A DNA stretch of 64,000 bases from an uncultured bacterium (GCA_963824495.1 CAWGPQ010000008.1:192001-256000), one strand, 5' to 3'; positions 22,171 to 34,064 are shown, counted from the stretch's first letter. Translations and numbers: made by a program. Notes: a model not told the origin generated them from the letters alone.

Positions 22171-22242
22171 TAGGCGCGAGCGGATTCGGACCGCTGACCC
22201 CTGCTACGTCAAAGCAGTGCTCTACCACTGAGCTACGCGCCT
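22171..22242 (-). tRNA. tRNA-Val(GAC), CCA not encoded
   Basis: AGGCGCG/CGCGCCT acceptor stem, anticodon GAC; T-loop reads TCCGAAT. Confidence 0.9.
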
Positions 22243-22263
22243 TAATAATGATAATGATGAACA

Positions 22264-25200
22264 TTACGCTGCTGGCGGCGTTAATTGCTGCTCTTGGAAA
22301 GCCTGCTTTTCAATATATTTTTTCCTAAACGATGTTATTCCCGTTCCAGCAGGAATCAACTTACCTATAATAACATTTTCCTTTAATCCGTAAAGATAGT
22401 CAACTTGTCCTGAAATTGCCGCCTCGGCAAGTATTCGTGTTGTTTCTTGGAACGAAGCTGCAGCAAATACGCTCTCAGTTCCCAACGAAGCAAGTGTAAT
22501 ACCCATGAGTACGGGCTTTGCTACAGCAACTTTTTTGCCTTCTGCTTGAAGGGCAGCGTTGACGGTCTTAAAATGAATACGATCGACACGATCACCTATC
22601 AAGAAATCAGTATCTCCCGGATCAATAATGCGTACTTTGCGAAGCATTTGTCGAACAATTAATTCAATATGCCTATCGTTAATATTAATACCCTGAAGAC
22701 GATAGATCTCTTGAATTTGGTTAACAAGATAGCGCTGAAGAGTATCCGGCCCAAGAATACGCAAAATATCATGTAATACTGGGGCACCTGATGTTAAAGG
22801 ATCACCTGCGCTTACATGATCACCATTAACTACGTTCAACTGCTTGCCTCGAGGGATAAAGTAATCATATGACTCATCCCCGTTTACGACAGAGACTTTC
22901 CTTAAGCCTCTGTGAAGTCCACCAAAAACAACTTCACCATCGATATCAGCCAATATAGCTGGATCTTTTGGTGCGCGAGCTTCAAACAATTCAGCAATAC
23001 GGGGCAAGCCGCCTGTTATGTCTTTCGTTCGCGTAACTTCACGTGGCATTTTTACGAGAACGTCACCAACTTCAACGTGCTGATTTGGTTCAACGTTTAT
23101 ATGAGCCCCTGTGGGCAAATAATACTGTGCTATCTCATCGCCCTGCTGATTAAGAATACTTATAGCTGGTTGATATTTGTCACTCCTATGCTCAAGTACC
23201 ATCTTAGTAGATCGATTAGTTGCCTCATCAAATCGCTCTTGAACCGTTACGTTTTCCAACAGATCAACATACTGAACAATACCGGCTTGTTCCGTCAAGA
23301 TCACTTTATTATGAGAATCCCATTCAGCAAGTTTTGTACCGGGTGTAACTACATGACCATCGTCAACTAAGAGCACAGATCCATACTCAAGCTCATGGCG
23401 CTGAAGTTCCCGTCCATCGGGGGAAACGATAAGCAATCGAGCTTTTCTGCTCATAATAACGTTCTGACCCAAGCGGTTGCGTACGGTTTGTATACCCCGT
23501 AACTGAACGATACCATTATGTTTAGCACTAAATGATGATTGTTCACTCAGGCTTGCCGTACCTCCAATGTGAAAAGTTCTCATGGTTAACTGAGTACCAG
23601 GCTCACCTATAGATTGAGCTGCAATCGTACCGACTGCGGTACCAACATCGACAAGCTCGCTCTTAGATAGATCCATGCCATAACAAATAGCACAGACACC
23701 TCGTTTTGCTTGACACACAAGAACAGACCTAACGGCAACTTTTGAGACCGAAGAATTGGCCATTTTATCAAGATCATCGCGCCGAACAAGCGATCCCTGG
23801 GTAAACAGCAATTGCCCTGTAACTGGATCTTTGATATCAGTTGCTACAACGCGGCCATAGACTCGGTTAACCAAGTGATAAATAATATCACCTGACTCTT
23901 GTAAGTCTTCAAGTTCAATAAAGCCCAATGTTCTACAGTCGGTCATAGTTACAACAACATCTTGTGCGACATCAACCAAACGGCGTGTTAAATACCCAGA
24001 GTTAGCCGTTTTTAATGCAGTATCGGCTTGGCCTTTACGGGCACCATGCGTAGAAATAAAGTATTCAAATACACTTAAGCCATCTTTAAAATTGGTTTTA
24101 ACCGGCGTTTCCATAACTTCACCGGAAGGCTTAGACATAAGACCTCGCATACCAACTAACTGCTTAATTTGTTCTTTTGAGCCTTTAGCGCCTGAATCAA
24201 GCATCATAAAAATATTATTAAATGGTCTAAACGACCGGTTTTCATTTATAAATGCTTCTTGATCTTGTCGTTCAAGATCTTTTGCCATATTAGCGGCTAC
24301 CTCACCCGATGCTTGATACCAAATGCTAATTACTTTATTATAGCGTTCACCATTAGTAATAACACCGTCCATGTAGAGTTGTTCAATACGTTGAACCTCT
24401 TTTTCAGCCTTACGAATAATAGCATCTTTCTTTTCAGGAACAAGCAGATTCTCTATAGATATAGATAAACCACCCATGGTAGCTTGTTCAAAACCAAGCT
24501 TCTTAATATTATCTAAAAATTTAAATGTTGCTTCGCTACCACAACGGTAATAAACACGTTCTACCAGCTTGGTCAAATCAGATTTAGCCATAATCTTGTT
24601 AACCCATTGAAAGTCGCAACCCTCAGGCAATGCCTTAAAAAGCAGTACTCGCCCCACGGTTGTGTCGACAATTTTATCTGGACTTAAGCGTACTTTAATA
24701 CGAGCGTGAATAGCTGCTTTATTAAACTGATGTGCTGATACTACTTCATCAGGCGAAGCAAAAACTATATCCTCGCCTAACGCATGGGCACGCACTTTTG
24801 TTAAGTAATGCAACCCTAGCACCATGTCTTGTGAAGGAACTGTTACGGGACTACCACTCGATGGCGACAGAATATTTTTTATCGAAAGGATAAGCACCCG
24901 TGCTTCTTCTTTGGCTTCAGTGCTCAAGGGTACATGGACAGCCATCTGATCACCATCAAAGTCAGCATTAAATGCATAACATACAAGCGGATGTATCTTA
25001 ATAGCTTTACCATCGACCAGGATTGGATAGAAGGCTTGGATACTTAACCTATGAAGTGTCGGTGCACGATTTAAAAGTACCGGATGATCCTTTACAACTT
25101 CTTCTAAAACATCCCATACTTCAGGCAAGCTTTCTTCAACCATACGTTTTGCAACACGAAGATTAGGCGCAAGTTCACGCTCAAGTAATCCCGCATATAC

Positions 25201-26349
25201 GTGAGATTTAAAGAGCTCCAATGCCATAATTTTTGGCAGACCACATTGATCCATGCGTAACTCTGGATCAACAACAATAACTGATCGTCCGGAGTAATCA
25301 ACGCGCTTACCTAAAAGATTTTGTCTAAAGCGTCCTTGCTTACCTCGCAACATTTCACTCAACGATTTGAGTGGCCGACGGTTTGAACCACGTACGATTT
25401 GTCCACGGCGGCCATTGTCTATTAATGCATCGCAAGATTCTTGAAGCATGCGCTTCTCATTTTTAATAATTACTAAAGGTGCTTCAATTTCAATAAGACG
25501 CTGCAGTCGAATATTACGATTAAGTACACGACGATAGAGTTCATTAAGATCGGAGCTTGCAAATCGACCACCTTCAAGAGGTACAAGCGGACGCAAATCA
25601 GGCGGTAGCACGGGCAACACGCTCAATATCATCCATTCTGGTCGTAGATTCCCTTGAGTTAACCCAGAAAATATCTTAATGCGACGCATGATTTTATGTC
25701 GAGCGGCAACTGAAGCTGTTTTCGTATACTCTTCTTTTAGGCGTGTAATCTCAAGCTGTAGGTCAAACATACTTAATACTTGTCGAAGCGCTTCCGCACC
25801 AATTTCTGCAACAAATTCTGTATCTTCTGGATGAAGATCTTTATAGGTATCGTAATCAATAGTGCTCAGCAAAGACTTACGTGGATAGGGTGAACGACCT
25901 TGATGTACAACCATATATGCATCAAAGTAAACAACACGTTCCAAGTCTTTTACTGGCATATCGAGCATCAGCCCAAGATAACTTGGAATACCCTTGAGAT
26001 ACCAAATATGACAAACGGGTGCTACAAGCTCAATATGTCCCATACGCTCACGCCGAACACGCGATTGTATAACCTCAACTCCACATTTTTCACAGGTAAT
26101 ACCACGGTGTTTCATACGCTTGTATTTACCACAGTTGCATTCCCAGTCTTTTGTAGGACCAAAGATACGTGCACAAAATAAACCATCTCGCTCTGGCTTA
26201 AGTGTACGATAGTTGATCGTTTCTATCTTTTTAACTTCACCATATGATAATGATCGTATTTTATCGGGGGAAGCCAGACCTATTCTTATAGCGTTAAACT
26301 GGTTAGTTTGGATATATTCTCTAAATCGCTCAAGCATTCGATTAGTCAC
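22264..26349 (-). CDS. rpoC: RNA polymerase beta' subunit
   Basis: NADFDGD, N-terminal Zn finger; GTG start at 26349 follows AAGGAGG. Confidence 0.98.
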   Translation of the reverse strand: MTNRMLERFREYIQTNQFNAIRIGLASPDKIRSLSYGEVKKIETINYRTLKPERDGLFCARIFGPTKDWECNCGKYKRMKHRGITCEKCGVEVIQSRVRRERMGHIELVAPVCHIWYLKGIPSYLGLMLDMPVKDLERVVYFDAYMVVHQGRSPYPRKSLLSTIDYDTYKDLHPEDTEFVAEIGAEALRQVLSMFDLQLEITRLKEEYTKTASVAARHKIMRRIKIFSGLTQGNLRPEWMILSVLPVLPPDLRPLVPLEGGRFASSDLNELYRRVLNRNIRLQRLIEIEAPLVIIKNEKRMLQESCDALIDNGRRGQIVRGSNRRPLKSLSEMLRGKQGRFRQNLLGKRVDYSGRSVIVVDPELRMDQCGLPKIMALELFKSHVYAGLLERELAPNLRVAKRMVEESLPEVWDVLEEVVKDHPVLLNRAPTLHRLSIQAFYPILVDGKAIKIHPLVCYAFNADFDGDQMAVHVPLSTEAKEEARVLILSIKNILSPSSGSPVTVPSQDMVLGLHYLTKVRAHALGEDIVFASPDEVVSAHQFNKAAIHARIKVRLSPDKIVDTTVGRVLLFKALPEGCDFQWVNKIMAKSDLTKLVERVYYRCGSEATFKFLDNIKKLGFEQATMGGLSISIENLLVPEKKDAIIRKAEKEVQRIEQLYMDGVITNGERYNKVISIWYQASGEVAANMAKDLERQDQEAFINENRSFRPFNNIFMMLDSGAKGSKEQIKQLVGMRGLMSKPSGEVMETPVKTNFKDGLSVFEYFISTHGARKGQADTALKTANSGYLTRRLVDVAQDVVVTMTDCRTLGFIELEDLQESGDIIYHLVNRVYGRVVATDIKDPVTGQLLFTQGSLVRRDDLDKMANSSVSKVAVRSVLVCQAKRGVCAICYGMDLSKSELVDVGTAVGTIAAQSIGEPGTQLTMRTFHIGGTASLSEQSSFSAKHNGIVQLRGIQTVRNRLGQNVIMSRKARLLIVSPDGRELQRHELEYGSVLLVDDGHVVTPGTKLAEWDSHNKVILTEQAGIVQYVDLLENVTVQERFDEATNRSTKMVLEHRSDKYQPAISILNQQGDEIAQYYLPTGAHINVEPNQHVEVGDVLVKMPREVTRTKDITGGLPRIAELFEARAPKDPAILADIDGEVVFGGLHRGLRKVSVVNGDESYDYFIPRGKQLNVVNGDHVSAGDPLTSGAPVLHDILRILGPDTLQRYLVNQIQEIYRLQGININDRHIELIVRQMLRKVRIIDPGDTDFLIGDRVDRIHFKTVNAALQAEGKKVAVAKPVLMGITLASLGTESVFAAASFQETTRILAEAAISGQVDYLYGLKENVIIGKLIPAGTGITSFRKKYIEKQAFQEQQLTPPAA

Positions 26350-26369
26350 TGACGTCCTCCTTGCCACTC

Positions 26370-29300
26370 TTAAATAAATCTACTGCGAAGACCTAAACTT
26401 TGAAGCTCTTTAATCAATACATTAAATGATTCAGGTAAGCCTGGCTCTGGTACGTCCTCACCTCGCACAATAGCATCGCAAACCTTATGACGTCCGGGAA
26501 CATCATCAGATTTATACGTAAGCATTTCTTGTAACGTATAAGCAGCCCCTGATGCTTCCAATGCCCACACTTCCATTTCACCAAATCGTTGGCCACCCAT
26601 TTGTGCTTTACCACCTAATGGCTGTTGAGTAACAAGCGAGTAGGGACCAACAGAACGAGCATGCAACTTATCATCAACCATGTGATTAAGTTTCATGATA
26701 TACATAGAACCTACCGTAACCGGTTGATCAAAATACTCACCTGTTCGTCCGTCGCGCAACCTAAACGTTCCTGTATCAAGAGCTTGAACTTCACGTAATA
26801 ACGGTTGGATATCAGTTTCATAAGAGGCGCTGTCAAATACCGGCGTTTTATAGAACACGCCATGCTCAGCTGTATGTCGAGCAAGTGCCATGATGCCATC
26901 TTTACCTTGGGAATCTTCTATTTGGTCGATGAGATCTTTACCGTAATATTTATCAAGCTGTTTTCTAACCTCTTTAAACCCCTCGGTCTCGAGAAGAGCT
27001 TTAATTTTTTTACCAATCTCTACTCCAGCAAAACCCAACATAGATTCTAAGATTTGTCCAACGTTCATACGTGAAGGCACACCTATGGGATTCAGGATTA
27101 TATCGACCGGTGTTCCATCTGCCATATACGGCATATCCTCACGAGGTACAATGAGCGAAACAACGCCTTTATTACCGTGCCGTCCTGCAATTTTATCACC
27201 GGCTTGGATTGAACGCTTCATAGCAATATAGACCTTTACCATCTTGATAACACCAGAAGGTAACACGTCACCTTTCTTGAGACGATTAATTCGTTCTTCT
27301 TGTAGTCCTCCGAGAATACGGATTTGATTTTCAAGAGTAATTCTTAACTGCTCAAGAAGACTATTGGTCTGTTTGTCCTCAGTACGAAGCACCAAGAGTT
27401 CGCGAGCGCTTAATCCCGTTAATTTTGCTTGATCATAAACACCCTGGCGTAACAGCGCTTTAGCATTTTTAGCAACCTGAGGCGCTTTGCCTGAAAGCTC
27501 TTGTATAGATTTTTGGGTAACCATTTTTTCGAGCGTTGCAATATGCATTTCAAGCTCAGATTGAAGACGAGCTGTCTCTTTGGCTACGATGTCTTTATAG
27601 CGCTTATCTTTCCTCATGCCACTACGTGAAAAAAGCTTTACATCAATAACAGTGCCTTCAACACCCGGTGGAACACGCAACGATGTATCACGTACTTCGC
27701 GAGACTTTTCGCCAAATATAGCACGCAGTAATTTTTCTTCAGGAGAATACTGAATATCACCCTTCAGTGTAACTTTACCTACAAGAATATCACCTGGACG
27801 TACACGCGTACCAATACGTACAATACCATCTTCGTCAAGACCAGCTAATGCTGCTTCACTGACATTAGGAATATCACGTGTTATTTCTTCAGGACCTAAT
27901 TTAGTATCACGTGCGTCAGCTATGTGCTCATCGATATGAACTGATGTTAACGTATCGTCTGCTACCAGTCGCTTATTAAGAACAATAGCATCCTCAAAGT
28001 TATAGCCACGCCATGGCATAAGTGCTACCAAAAGGTTAGCCCCAAGCGCAAGCTCCTCACCAGTGGTTGAGGAAGCATCTGTTAGCATATCACCTACTTC
28101 GATGCTTTGACCACGTTCAACAATAGGAGATTGATGAATCCAGGTGCTATAACTTGAACGCTGAAACTTTCTTAAATAATAGATATCGACACCTTGCGAA
28201 ATCCAGTCTTCAATATTTTTAAATTCTTGCTCATGAGCCCGCACAACAATTTTCTCAGAGGAAACGTATTCTACGTTACCTGCTCGTTTTGCCACAATAC
28301 AGGATCCCGAGGCTCGAGCAATTTCTTTTTCCATGCCTGTACCAACACGCGGTGGTTGTGTTTTAATGAGAGGAACAGCTTGTCGTTGCATATTAGCACC
28401 CATTAACGCACGGCTTGCATCGTCATGTTCCAGAAATGGTATTAAAGCTGTTGCAACTGAGACTAACTGCTTAGGCGAAAGGTCAATATAATCAATACGC
28501 TCTGCATCAGCATAGAGAAAATTGCCCTGATAGCGTGCAAATATATCATCACCTTGAAGATGAGAAGGGTCACGCTTTGACATAGCATCAGCCTGTGCAA
28601 TATACTTAGACTCTTCTTCAAAGGCGTCTAAAAATACAACATTATCTTGAATTGCGCCGTTGCGTACAGGGCGATACGCCGTTTCAATAAAGCCTAAGTC
28701 ATTTACCATCGCGTAGGTTGCTAGCGAAGAAATTAAGCCAATAGTCTGACCTTCAGGAGTCTCAATAGGGCAAATACGGCCATAGTGTGAGTTATGGACA
28801 TCGCGGATCTCATAGGTAGCTCGGTCTTTAAGCACGCCACCCGGTCCAAGAGCTGAAAGCCGACGCTTATGTGCTATTTCAGATAACGGATTAGTTTGAT
28901 CCATAAATTGAGAGAGCTGACCAGTACCAAAAAATTCACGAATAACTGCACTAAGCGGTTTTACATTAAGAAAGTCTTGTGGCATGAGCGCGCCATGAGC
29001 TTCTTGAATCCTAAAGCGCTCCTGTACAATACGATCAATACGCAAAAGGCCAAGATAGACCTGGTTTGTAAGCAGTTCACCAACTAAGCGCACACGACGA
29101 TTGCCTAAATGATCGATATCGTCAAGCTCACCTTCACCTCGTTCACGCAAGCCAACAAGATATTTGATTGTTGCAAAGATATCTTCTTTGGTCAGAACAG
29201 TACTGTCTTCTGGTATTGCCAAGCCTAGTTTTCGATTCATCCGAATACGGCCTACTTTAGTGAGATCGTATAATCGTGGATTAAAGAATAAATTTTCTAG

Positions 29301-30674
29301 ATGCTCTTTAACCTCTTTTAACGATGAACTATCGCCTGGCCATAACCGGGCATGAACTTCTTTTAATGCATCTTCCTCGGAATACGCCTTATCCTGTGTA
29401 AGTGTTAGCGGGATAGTTGGCTGCAAAACATAGCCAGATGATACGATAAGTTGGAAGCTCAGTGATGGAAACTTTTTAAACAGTTCATAATGCTCTTCGG
29501 TAAAAGCTTGACCTTGCTCAGCAAGAATCTCGCCCGTATCCGGATCTATAACGTCAGCACCAAATATACGATTAATAAGCGCTGCTTTACGCAACATCAA
29601 GCGGTCAATACCTGCCTTTTCAAGACGAACTATTAGTTCCCGTGTGATGCGCTTACCTGCATAATAGTCTTCATCTTTAAGTGTCGTCATGCCTTTTTCA
29701 AAGCGCATACCCAAAATACTTGTATCAAGTTTTTGGTAATATTCACCGTGTTCGACAAAGATCGTATCAAAAGTATAAAAGAAAGGGATAATCTTATCAC
29801 GAGGAACTCCCAGCGCTTGTAGGAACGTTGTAACAAGAATTTTCTTCTTCTTATCAATACGTACATATAAGATATCGCTACTATCAAACTCGAAGTCAAC
29901 CCATGAGCCACGCATTGGTATAATACGTGCAATATAGTATGCCTTGCCCCTCACATCTTTTACTTTTTTACTGTGAGAAAAAATTACCCCTGGCGAACGA
30001 TGAAGCTGGCTGACAATTACTCGATCAACACCATTGATAAGAAATGTTCCTAAATTACCCAGCTTAAAACGCCCATCTTCTTCATAAAGATCAGCCATAA
30101 CGGGTACATCTGCAAAAAAGATATCTTGTTCTTTAATGTCACGTACAATTTTAGCTCCAGCTGCATCACTATCCCAGCTAATCAGCTGCATTTTTACCTT
30201 AAGTGGCATGGAGAACGTTTGCCCACTTGCACGACACTCATCAAGGGTGAGCGGTAATTGCACGGTAACCCTTGCTAAACAGTTAGGACAGGTCTTATAT
30301 CGTGCCGTTTTATTATGACAAAACCGACATTCAAGATCAGGTGTCAAGCGCGATGCATCCGATTTTTTACACGAAGAACAGCTCCATGTATAACGATTGG
30401 TTATACCTGTTATTTTGCCACAGGTACATGCCCAATGCCCTAGCTCATAGCTTACGTATTCTAGTGACATTTTGTCACTGTAATCTATAGGGAAAATATC
30501 TCGAAAGACCTTCTCTAACCCAATTATCTGACGCTCAGATGGCAAGTAATCGAGCTGAGCAAACTCATTAAACGATCGTGACTGAATTTCTATTAAGTTA
30601 GGGACGGGAACTATATCCTTGATCTTGCCAAAAGATCTTCGAACAGTTTCCTTGCTTGTGCGCAAGCTAGACAT
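26370..30674 (-). CDS. rpoB: RNA polymerase beta subunit
   Basis: GDKIAGRHGNKG, GQRFGEMEVWALE; Cys-rich N-terminal insert; apparent terminal frameshift. Confidence 0.98.
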   Translation of the reverse strand: MSSLRTSKETVRRSFGKIKDIVPVPNLIEIQSRSFNEFAQLDYLPSERQIIGLEKVFRDIFPIDYSDKMSLEYVSYELGHWACTCGKITGITNRYTWSCSSCKKSDASRLTPDLECRFCHNKTARYKTCPNCLARVTVQLPLTLDECRASGQTFSMPLKVKMQLISWDSDAAGAKIVRDIKEQDIFFADVPVMADLYEEDGRFKLGNLGTFLINGVDRVIVSQLHRSPGVIFSHSKKVKDVRGKAYYIARIIPMRGSWVDFEFDSSDILYVRIDKKKKILVTTFLQALGVPRDKIIPFFYTFDTIFVEHGEYYQKLDTSILGMRFEKGMTTLKDEDYYAGKRITRELIVRLEKAGIDRLMLRKAALINRIFGADVIDPDTGEILAEQGQAFTEEHYELFKKFPSLSFQLIVSSGYVLQPTIPLTLTQDKAYSEEDALKEVHARLWPGDSSSLKEVKEHLENLFFNPRLYDLTKVGRIRMNRKLGLAIPEDSTVLTKEDIFATIKYLVGLRERGEGELDDIDHLGNRRVRLVGELLTNQVYLGLLRIDRIVQERFRIQEAHGALMPQDFLNVKPLSAVIREFFGTGQLSQFMDQTNPLSEIAHKRRLSALGPGGVLKDRATYEIRDVHNSHYGRICPIETPEGQTIGLISSLATYAMVNDLGFIETAYRPVRNGAIQDNVVFLDAFEEESKYIAQADAMSKRDPSHLQGDDIFARYQGNFLYADAERIDYIDLSPKQLVSVATALIPFLEHDDASRALMGANMQRQAVPLIKTQPPRVGTGMEKEIARASGSCIVAKRAGNVEYVSSEKIVVRAHEQEFKNIEDWISQGVDIYYLRKFQRSSYSTWIHQSPIVERGQSIEVGDMLTDASSTTGEELALGANLLVALMPWRGYNFEDAIVLNKRLVADDTLTSVHIDEHIADARDTKLGPEEITRDIPNVSEAALAGLDEDGIVRIGTRVRPGDILVGKVTLKGDIQYSPEEKLLRAIFGEKSREVRDTSLRVPPGVEGTVIDVKLFSRSGMRKDKRYKDIVAKETARLQSELEMHIATLEKMVTQKSIQELSGKAPQVAKNAKALLRQGVYDQAKLTGLSARELLVLRTEDKQTNSLLEQLRITLENQIRILGGLQEERINRLKKGDVLPSGVIKMVKVYIAMKRSIQAGDKIAGRHGNKGVVSLIVPREDMPYMADGTPVDIILNPIGVPSRMNVGQILESMLGFAGVEIGKKIKALLETEGFKEVRKQLDKYYGKDLIDQIEDSQGKDGIMALARHTAEHGVFYKTPVFDSASYETDIQPLLREVQALDTGTFRLRDGRTGEYFDQPVTVGSMYIMKLNHMVDDKLHARSVGPYSLVTQQPLGGKAQMGGQRFGEMEVWALEASGAAYTLQEMLTYKSDDVPGRHKVCDAIVRGEDVPEPGLPESFNVLIKELQSLGLRSRFI

Positions 30675-30716
30675 TAAGCTGCTCCTCGTATTACCAAAAA
30701 CTGTTTCACCTGCGGA

Positions 30717-31115
30717 TTATGAAACCTTAACTTTAGCTCCAGCTGCTTCAAGTGCTTCCTTCATAGCCTTTGCTTCATCTTTAGATGCAGCTTCAGCAAT
30801 AACCGTTGGCGCTTCTTCAACAGCTTTTTTAGCATCAAGAAGTGTTAAATCTTTCTTGACTTGTCGAAGCGCTTTTATGGTCTTAATTTTATCGGTACCT
30901 CCATCAAGCAGTTCAACTTTATAGGAGGCCTTTTCTTCCTCCTTTTTAGCTTCAGCTGTTGGAGCTGCCGCACCCGCAGGCGCCATCATAGACATCGTTG
31001 GCATCGTCGCAGAAACACCAAACTTTGCCGCTAAACGATCTTTAAGCTCTGCAAGTTCAAGCACCTTAAGATTAGCTATATCATCAATTATTTGATCAAG
31101 TGATCGTGTCGCCAT
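30717..31115 (-). CDS. rplL: 50S ribosomal protein L7/L12
   Basis: KIKTIKALR, L.DAKKAVE, LEAAGAKV. Confidence 0.96.
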   Translation of the reverse strand: MATRSLDQIIDDIANLKVLELAELKDRLAAKFGVSATMPTMSMMAPAGAAAPTAEAKKEEEKASYKVELLDGGTDKIKTIKALRQVKKDLTLLDAKKAVEEAPTVIAEAASKDEAKAMKEALEAAGAKVKVS

Positions 31116-31172
31116 AATAGTCTCCCTATAGCGTATTTCTTAAAACATCTCTTACGTTAACAGTATCCGCCA

Positions 31173-31685
31173 TTATTGGCGTGACGCTTGGTCGAGTATC
31201 CACAAGAAATCCGCTACGACCCGTTGTAAAAGGCCTACGAATGATGCAAGTGGAGCTTCCAATACACCACATGTTTGTGCTTGGAGTACCTCTTTTGGTG
31301 GCAGTGACGCTAACGATATCACGCCATCTTTACCGATAACATGCGTATCTAAGCAACCTGCAACAATAACCAAACGTGAATTTTCTTTTGAAACATCCAA
31401 AAGAACTTTTGCTACAGCAGGCGATTCTTGACCAACAAATACAATACCAACCTGCTCTTTAAAATACGGATTAAGATCACGTATTCCTGGCATATCGCTT
31501 GTAGCAATCTTAAGCAAAGTATTTTTAGCAACCTTAAGTTGCCCACCTTGAGCACGAATATTTTTACGTAAGCCTTGCAGCTGGCTTACCGTCATACCCT
31601 GCACCACTATTACAAATGATGCTTGACTGTGTGAAAAATCTCCCTTAAGCGACTCAATAACCATCTCTTTTTCTTGACGATTCAT
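31173..31685 (-). CDS. rplJ: 50S ribosomal protein L10
   Basis: KVAKNTL, LASLPPKE; operon position. Confidence 0.95.
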   Translation of the reverse strand: MNRQEKEMVIESLKGDFSHSQASFVIVVQGMTVSQLQGLRKNIRAQGGQLKVAKNTLLKIATSDMPGIRDLNPYFKEQVGIVFVGQESPAVAKVLLDVSKENSRLVIVAGCLDTHVIGKDGVISLASLPPKEVLQAQTCGVLEAPLASFVGLLQRVVADFLWILDQASRQ

Positions 31686-31711
31686 GCTAGTACCTCGTGT
31701 TCTCGTTATAC

Positions 31712-32404
31712 TTACGAAAGCTCATCAGGGACGACTTGAAGACCAACCCCCATTGTAGATGAAATCGTCATCTTTTTAATAAACTTGCCCTTTGATGATG
31801 GTGGCTTTGATGAAAGTAAGGCTTTTAAAAATGCGATAAGATTTTCGTAAAGCTGAGTAGCATCAAATGAAACTTTCCCGAAACGAAAGTGTACACTACC
31901 ACTTTTGTCACTCTTAAAAAATTGACGACCCCTCTTCAAATCAGTAACAATAGGCCCTATATCAAATGTTACCGTACCGGCCTTTTTATTTGGCAAAAGC
32001 CCTCGAGGTCCTAGTATCTTGGCAACCTTACCAACAAGACCCATTAAATCCGGTGTAGCGACAGCATAATCAAAGTCAAGCCAGCCAGATTCAATCTTTT
32101 CAATAAGATCTTCAGCACCTATATAATCAGCTCCGGCTTTGTGAGCTTCGTCAACATAGTCCCCTTTAACAAAAGCAGCAACCTTCACCTTTTTGCCTGT
32201 GCCATAGGGCAGCAATATCGATCCGCGTACTGCTTGATCACTCTTGGATGGATCGATGCCAAGATTAACATCAACGTCAACCGATTCATCAAAACGGGCA
32301 TGTGCCAACTCTTTTACTTTGGCTATACCCTCCTGTAACGAAAAGGTTTTCTTTTCGCCCAGTGCGTCTTTAGCTTTTTGGTAATTTTTACCATGTGCTG
32401 TCAT
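31712..32404 (-). CDS. rplA: 50S ribosomal protein L1
   Basis: FDESVD, LGPRGLLPN, ISSTMG. Confidence 0.97.
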   Translation of the reverse strand: MTAHGKNYQKAKDALGEKKTFSLQEGIAKVKELAHARFDESVDVDVNLGIDPSKSDQAVRGSILLPYGTGKKVKVAAFVKGDYVDEAHKAGADYIGAEDLIEKIESGWLDFDYAVATPDLMGLVGKVAKILGPRGLLPNKKAGTVTFDIGPIVTDLKRGRQFFKSDKSGSVHFRFGKVSFDATQLYENLIAFLKALLSSKPPSSKGKFIKKMTISSTMGVGLQVVPDELS

Positions 32405-32414
32405 ATATACCTCA

Positions 32415-32837
32415 TCAGATTACGCTGACGCCCATACTGCGTGCAGTACCGGCTATAATTTTTTTAGCTTCTTCTATAGTAGTAGCATTAAGATCCGGTA
32501 ATTTTATCCGTGCTATCTCTTCTATATCTTTCCATGAAAGACTACCAACCTGCTCTGATTTAGCTTTTGCGGCACCTTTTGCAATATTTGCTCTTTTTTT
32601 AATCAATTCAGATGCTGGTGGCGTTTTAATTAAAAAATCAAATTTCTTATCAACATAAATTGTTACCACAACAGGGACGGTCTGGCCCTTTCTATCAGCA
32701 GTTTTTGCATTAAACTGTTTACAGAACTCCATCATATTAATGCCATGAGGACCTAACGATGAGCCAACAGGTGGTGCTGGCGTTGCAGCTCCCCCTGGAA
32801 TCTGCAAGCGGACTGTCGCTTTTATTTCTTTTGCCAT
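32415..32837 (-). CDS. rplK: 50S ribosomal protein L11
   Basis: ATPAPPVG, FCKQFN, IAGTARSMG. Confidence 0.97.
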   Translation of the reverse strand: MAKEIKATVRLQIPGGAATPAPPVGSSLGPHGINMMEFCKQFNAKTADRKGQTVPVVVTIYVDKKFDFLIKTPPASELIKKRANIAKGAAKAKSEQVGSLSWKDIEEIARIKLPDLNATTIEEAKKIIAGTARSMGVSVI

Positions 32838-32872
32838 AGTACTATACCCACTAAGCTTATTACGCGCTTAAC

Positions 32873-33379
32873 TTATTGTTTAACCTGATCAAAACCTAAC
32901 TCTACGGGTGTCATTCTTCCAAAAATGCTGACCATAACTCTGAGCTTTTTGTCAGCTTCGTTAACAGAGTCAACAACACCAAAAAAACCAGAAAAGGGAC
33001 CCACATTAATTTCAACTTCTTTACCCACTTCAAATTCATGCTTTTCATGTGGTATAACTACTTTACCCTCAATTTGAGCTTGCACACGCTCAATTTCTCG
33101 CTTTGAGAGTGTACCAAGTACGCGTAATACCCGCTGGTTTGATTCAAGCAGACGCAGCGCCTCGGGCACGGGCTCAAGTTCAACCAAAAGATAGCCGGGA
33201 AAAAGCTGCTGATCTTGTAGAGCATCGGTTGTATTAAAAAATTGCTTCATCTTAGCTGAAGGAATTAAAACATCACCAAAAAGGCTTTCAAGTCCTGTCT
33301 CTTGAACACGCTTTAAGAGATCTGCCTTAACTATATTCTCATAGCCAGCATATACTTGTATAACATACCAACGTTTCAT
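32873..33379 (-). CDS. nusG: Transcription factor NusG
   Basis: WYVIQVYAGYE, FPGYLLV, VSIFGRMTPVEL. Confidence 0.96.
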   Translation of the reverse strand: MKRWYVIQVYAGYENIVKADLLKRVQETGLESLFGDVLIPSAKMKQFFNTTDALQDQQLFPGYLLVELEPVPEALRLLESNQRVLRVLGTLSKREIERVQAQIEGKVVIPHEKHEFEVGKEVEINVGPFSGFFGVVDSVNEADKKLRVMVSIFGRMTPVELGFDQVKQ

Positions 33380-33396
33380 GGAGCATACGCCTTTTA

Positions 33397-33588
33397 CTAA
33401 AAGCTGTAGGTAAAGATCTGCTTAGCGATCAACGAAATTATGCGATCAACGGTACCTAAAAAGAGAGAGAATAGTATAATGGTTATCAACGTAATAATCG
33501 TTGCTCCCATCCATTCGTCAAATTTCGGCCACTCAATACGTGATAATTCAATTTTTACTTCGCTAAGAAACTGCGCAACATTTTTCAT
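33397..33588 (-). CDS. secE: Preprotein translocase SecE
   Basis: FLSEVKIELSRIEWP followed by a TM helix. Confidence 0.93.
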   Translation of the reverse strand: MKNVAQFLSEVKIELSRIEWPKFDEWMGATIITLITIILFSLFLGTVDRIISLIAKQIFTYSF

Positions 33589-33623
33589 ATCATCACCAAC
33601 ACAATCCTGCTTTTTCTACCTCG

Positions 33624-33699
33624 TGGCAGGCCAGGAGGGATTCGAACCCCCAACCCGCAGATTTGGAGTCTGCCGCTCTGCCGTTAGAGCTACTGGCCT
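33624..33699 (-). tRNA. tRNA-Trp(CCA)
   Basis: Cloverleaf, anticodon CCA, upstream of secE. Confidence 0.95.
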
Positions 33700-33708
33700 T
33701 TTAACCTG

Positions 33709-33867
33709 CTACTTGGTCTCTTTGTGAAGCGAGTGCTTGCGGCAACGAGAGCAATACTTACTCAACTTTAAGGAGCCAGCTGTTCTTTTTTTAGCTACCA
33801 CTTGAGAGTAGTTACGCTCTCTGCATGCCTCGCACGCCAAATGGGTAATTACTCGATTTTTTGCCAT
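33709..33867 (-). CDS. rpmG: 50S ribosomal protein L33 (Zn-binding type; not in ORF track)
   Basis: Translated by hand: MAKNRVITHLACEACRERNYSQVVAKKRTAGSLKLSKYCSRCRKHSLHKETK. Confidence 0.95.
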   Translation of the reverse strand: MAKNRVITHLACEACRERNYSQVVAKKRTAGSLKLSKYCSRCRKHSLHKETK

Positions 33868-33910
33868 AATAACCTATTATATCATATTTTTTATGAGTGA
33901 GCCATTAAAT

Positions 33911-33986
33911 TGGAGCCCGCGACCGGATTTGAACCGGTGACCTCTCCCTTACCAAGGAAGTGCTCTACCGACTGAGCTACGTGGGC
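33911..33986 (-). tRNA. tRNA-Thr(GGT)
   Basis: Cloverleaf with CCA end. Confidence 0.95.
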
Positions 33987-34064
33987 CACGGCAACTTTAT
34001 AGCTTTAGATACTAGTTTAATTGAAAAAAAAGCAAAAAACAATAGCATCTTAAGCATCTTAACA

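Noticed and set aside
22447..30924. Antisense and alternate-frame ORFs within rpoC, rpoB and rplL
   Set aside because: Shadows of conserved genes with no independent coding evidence
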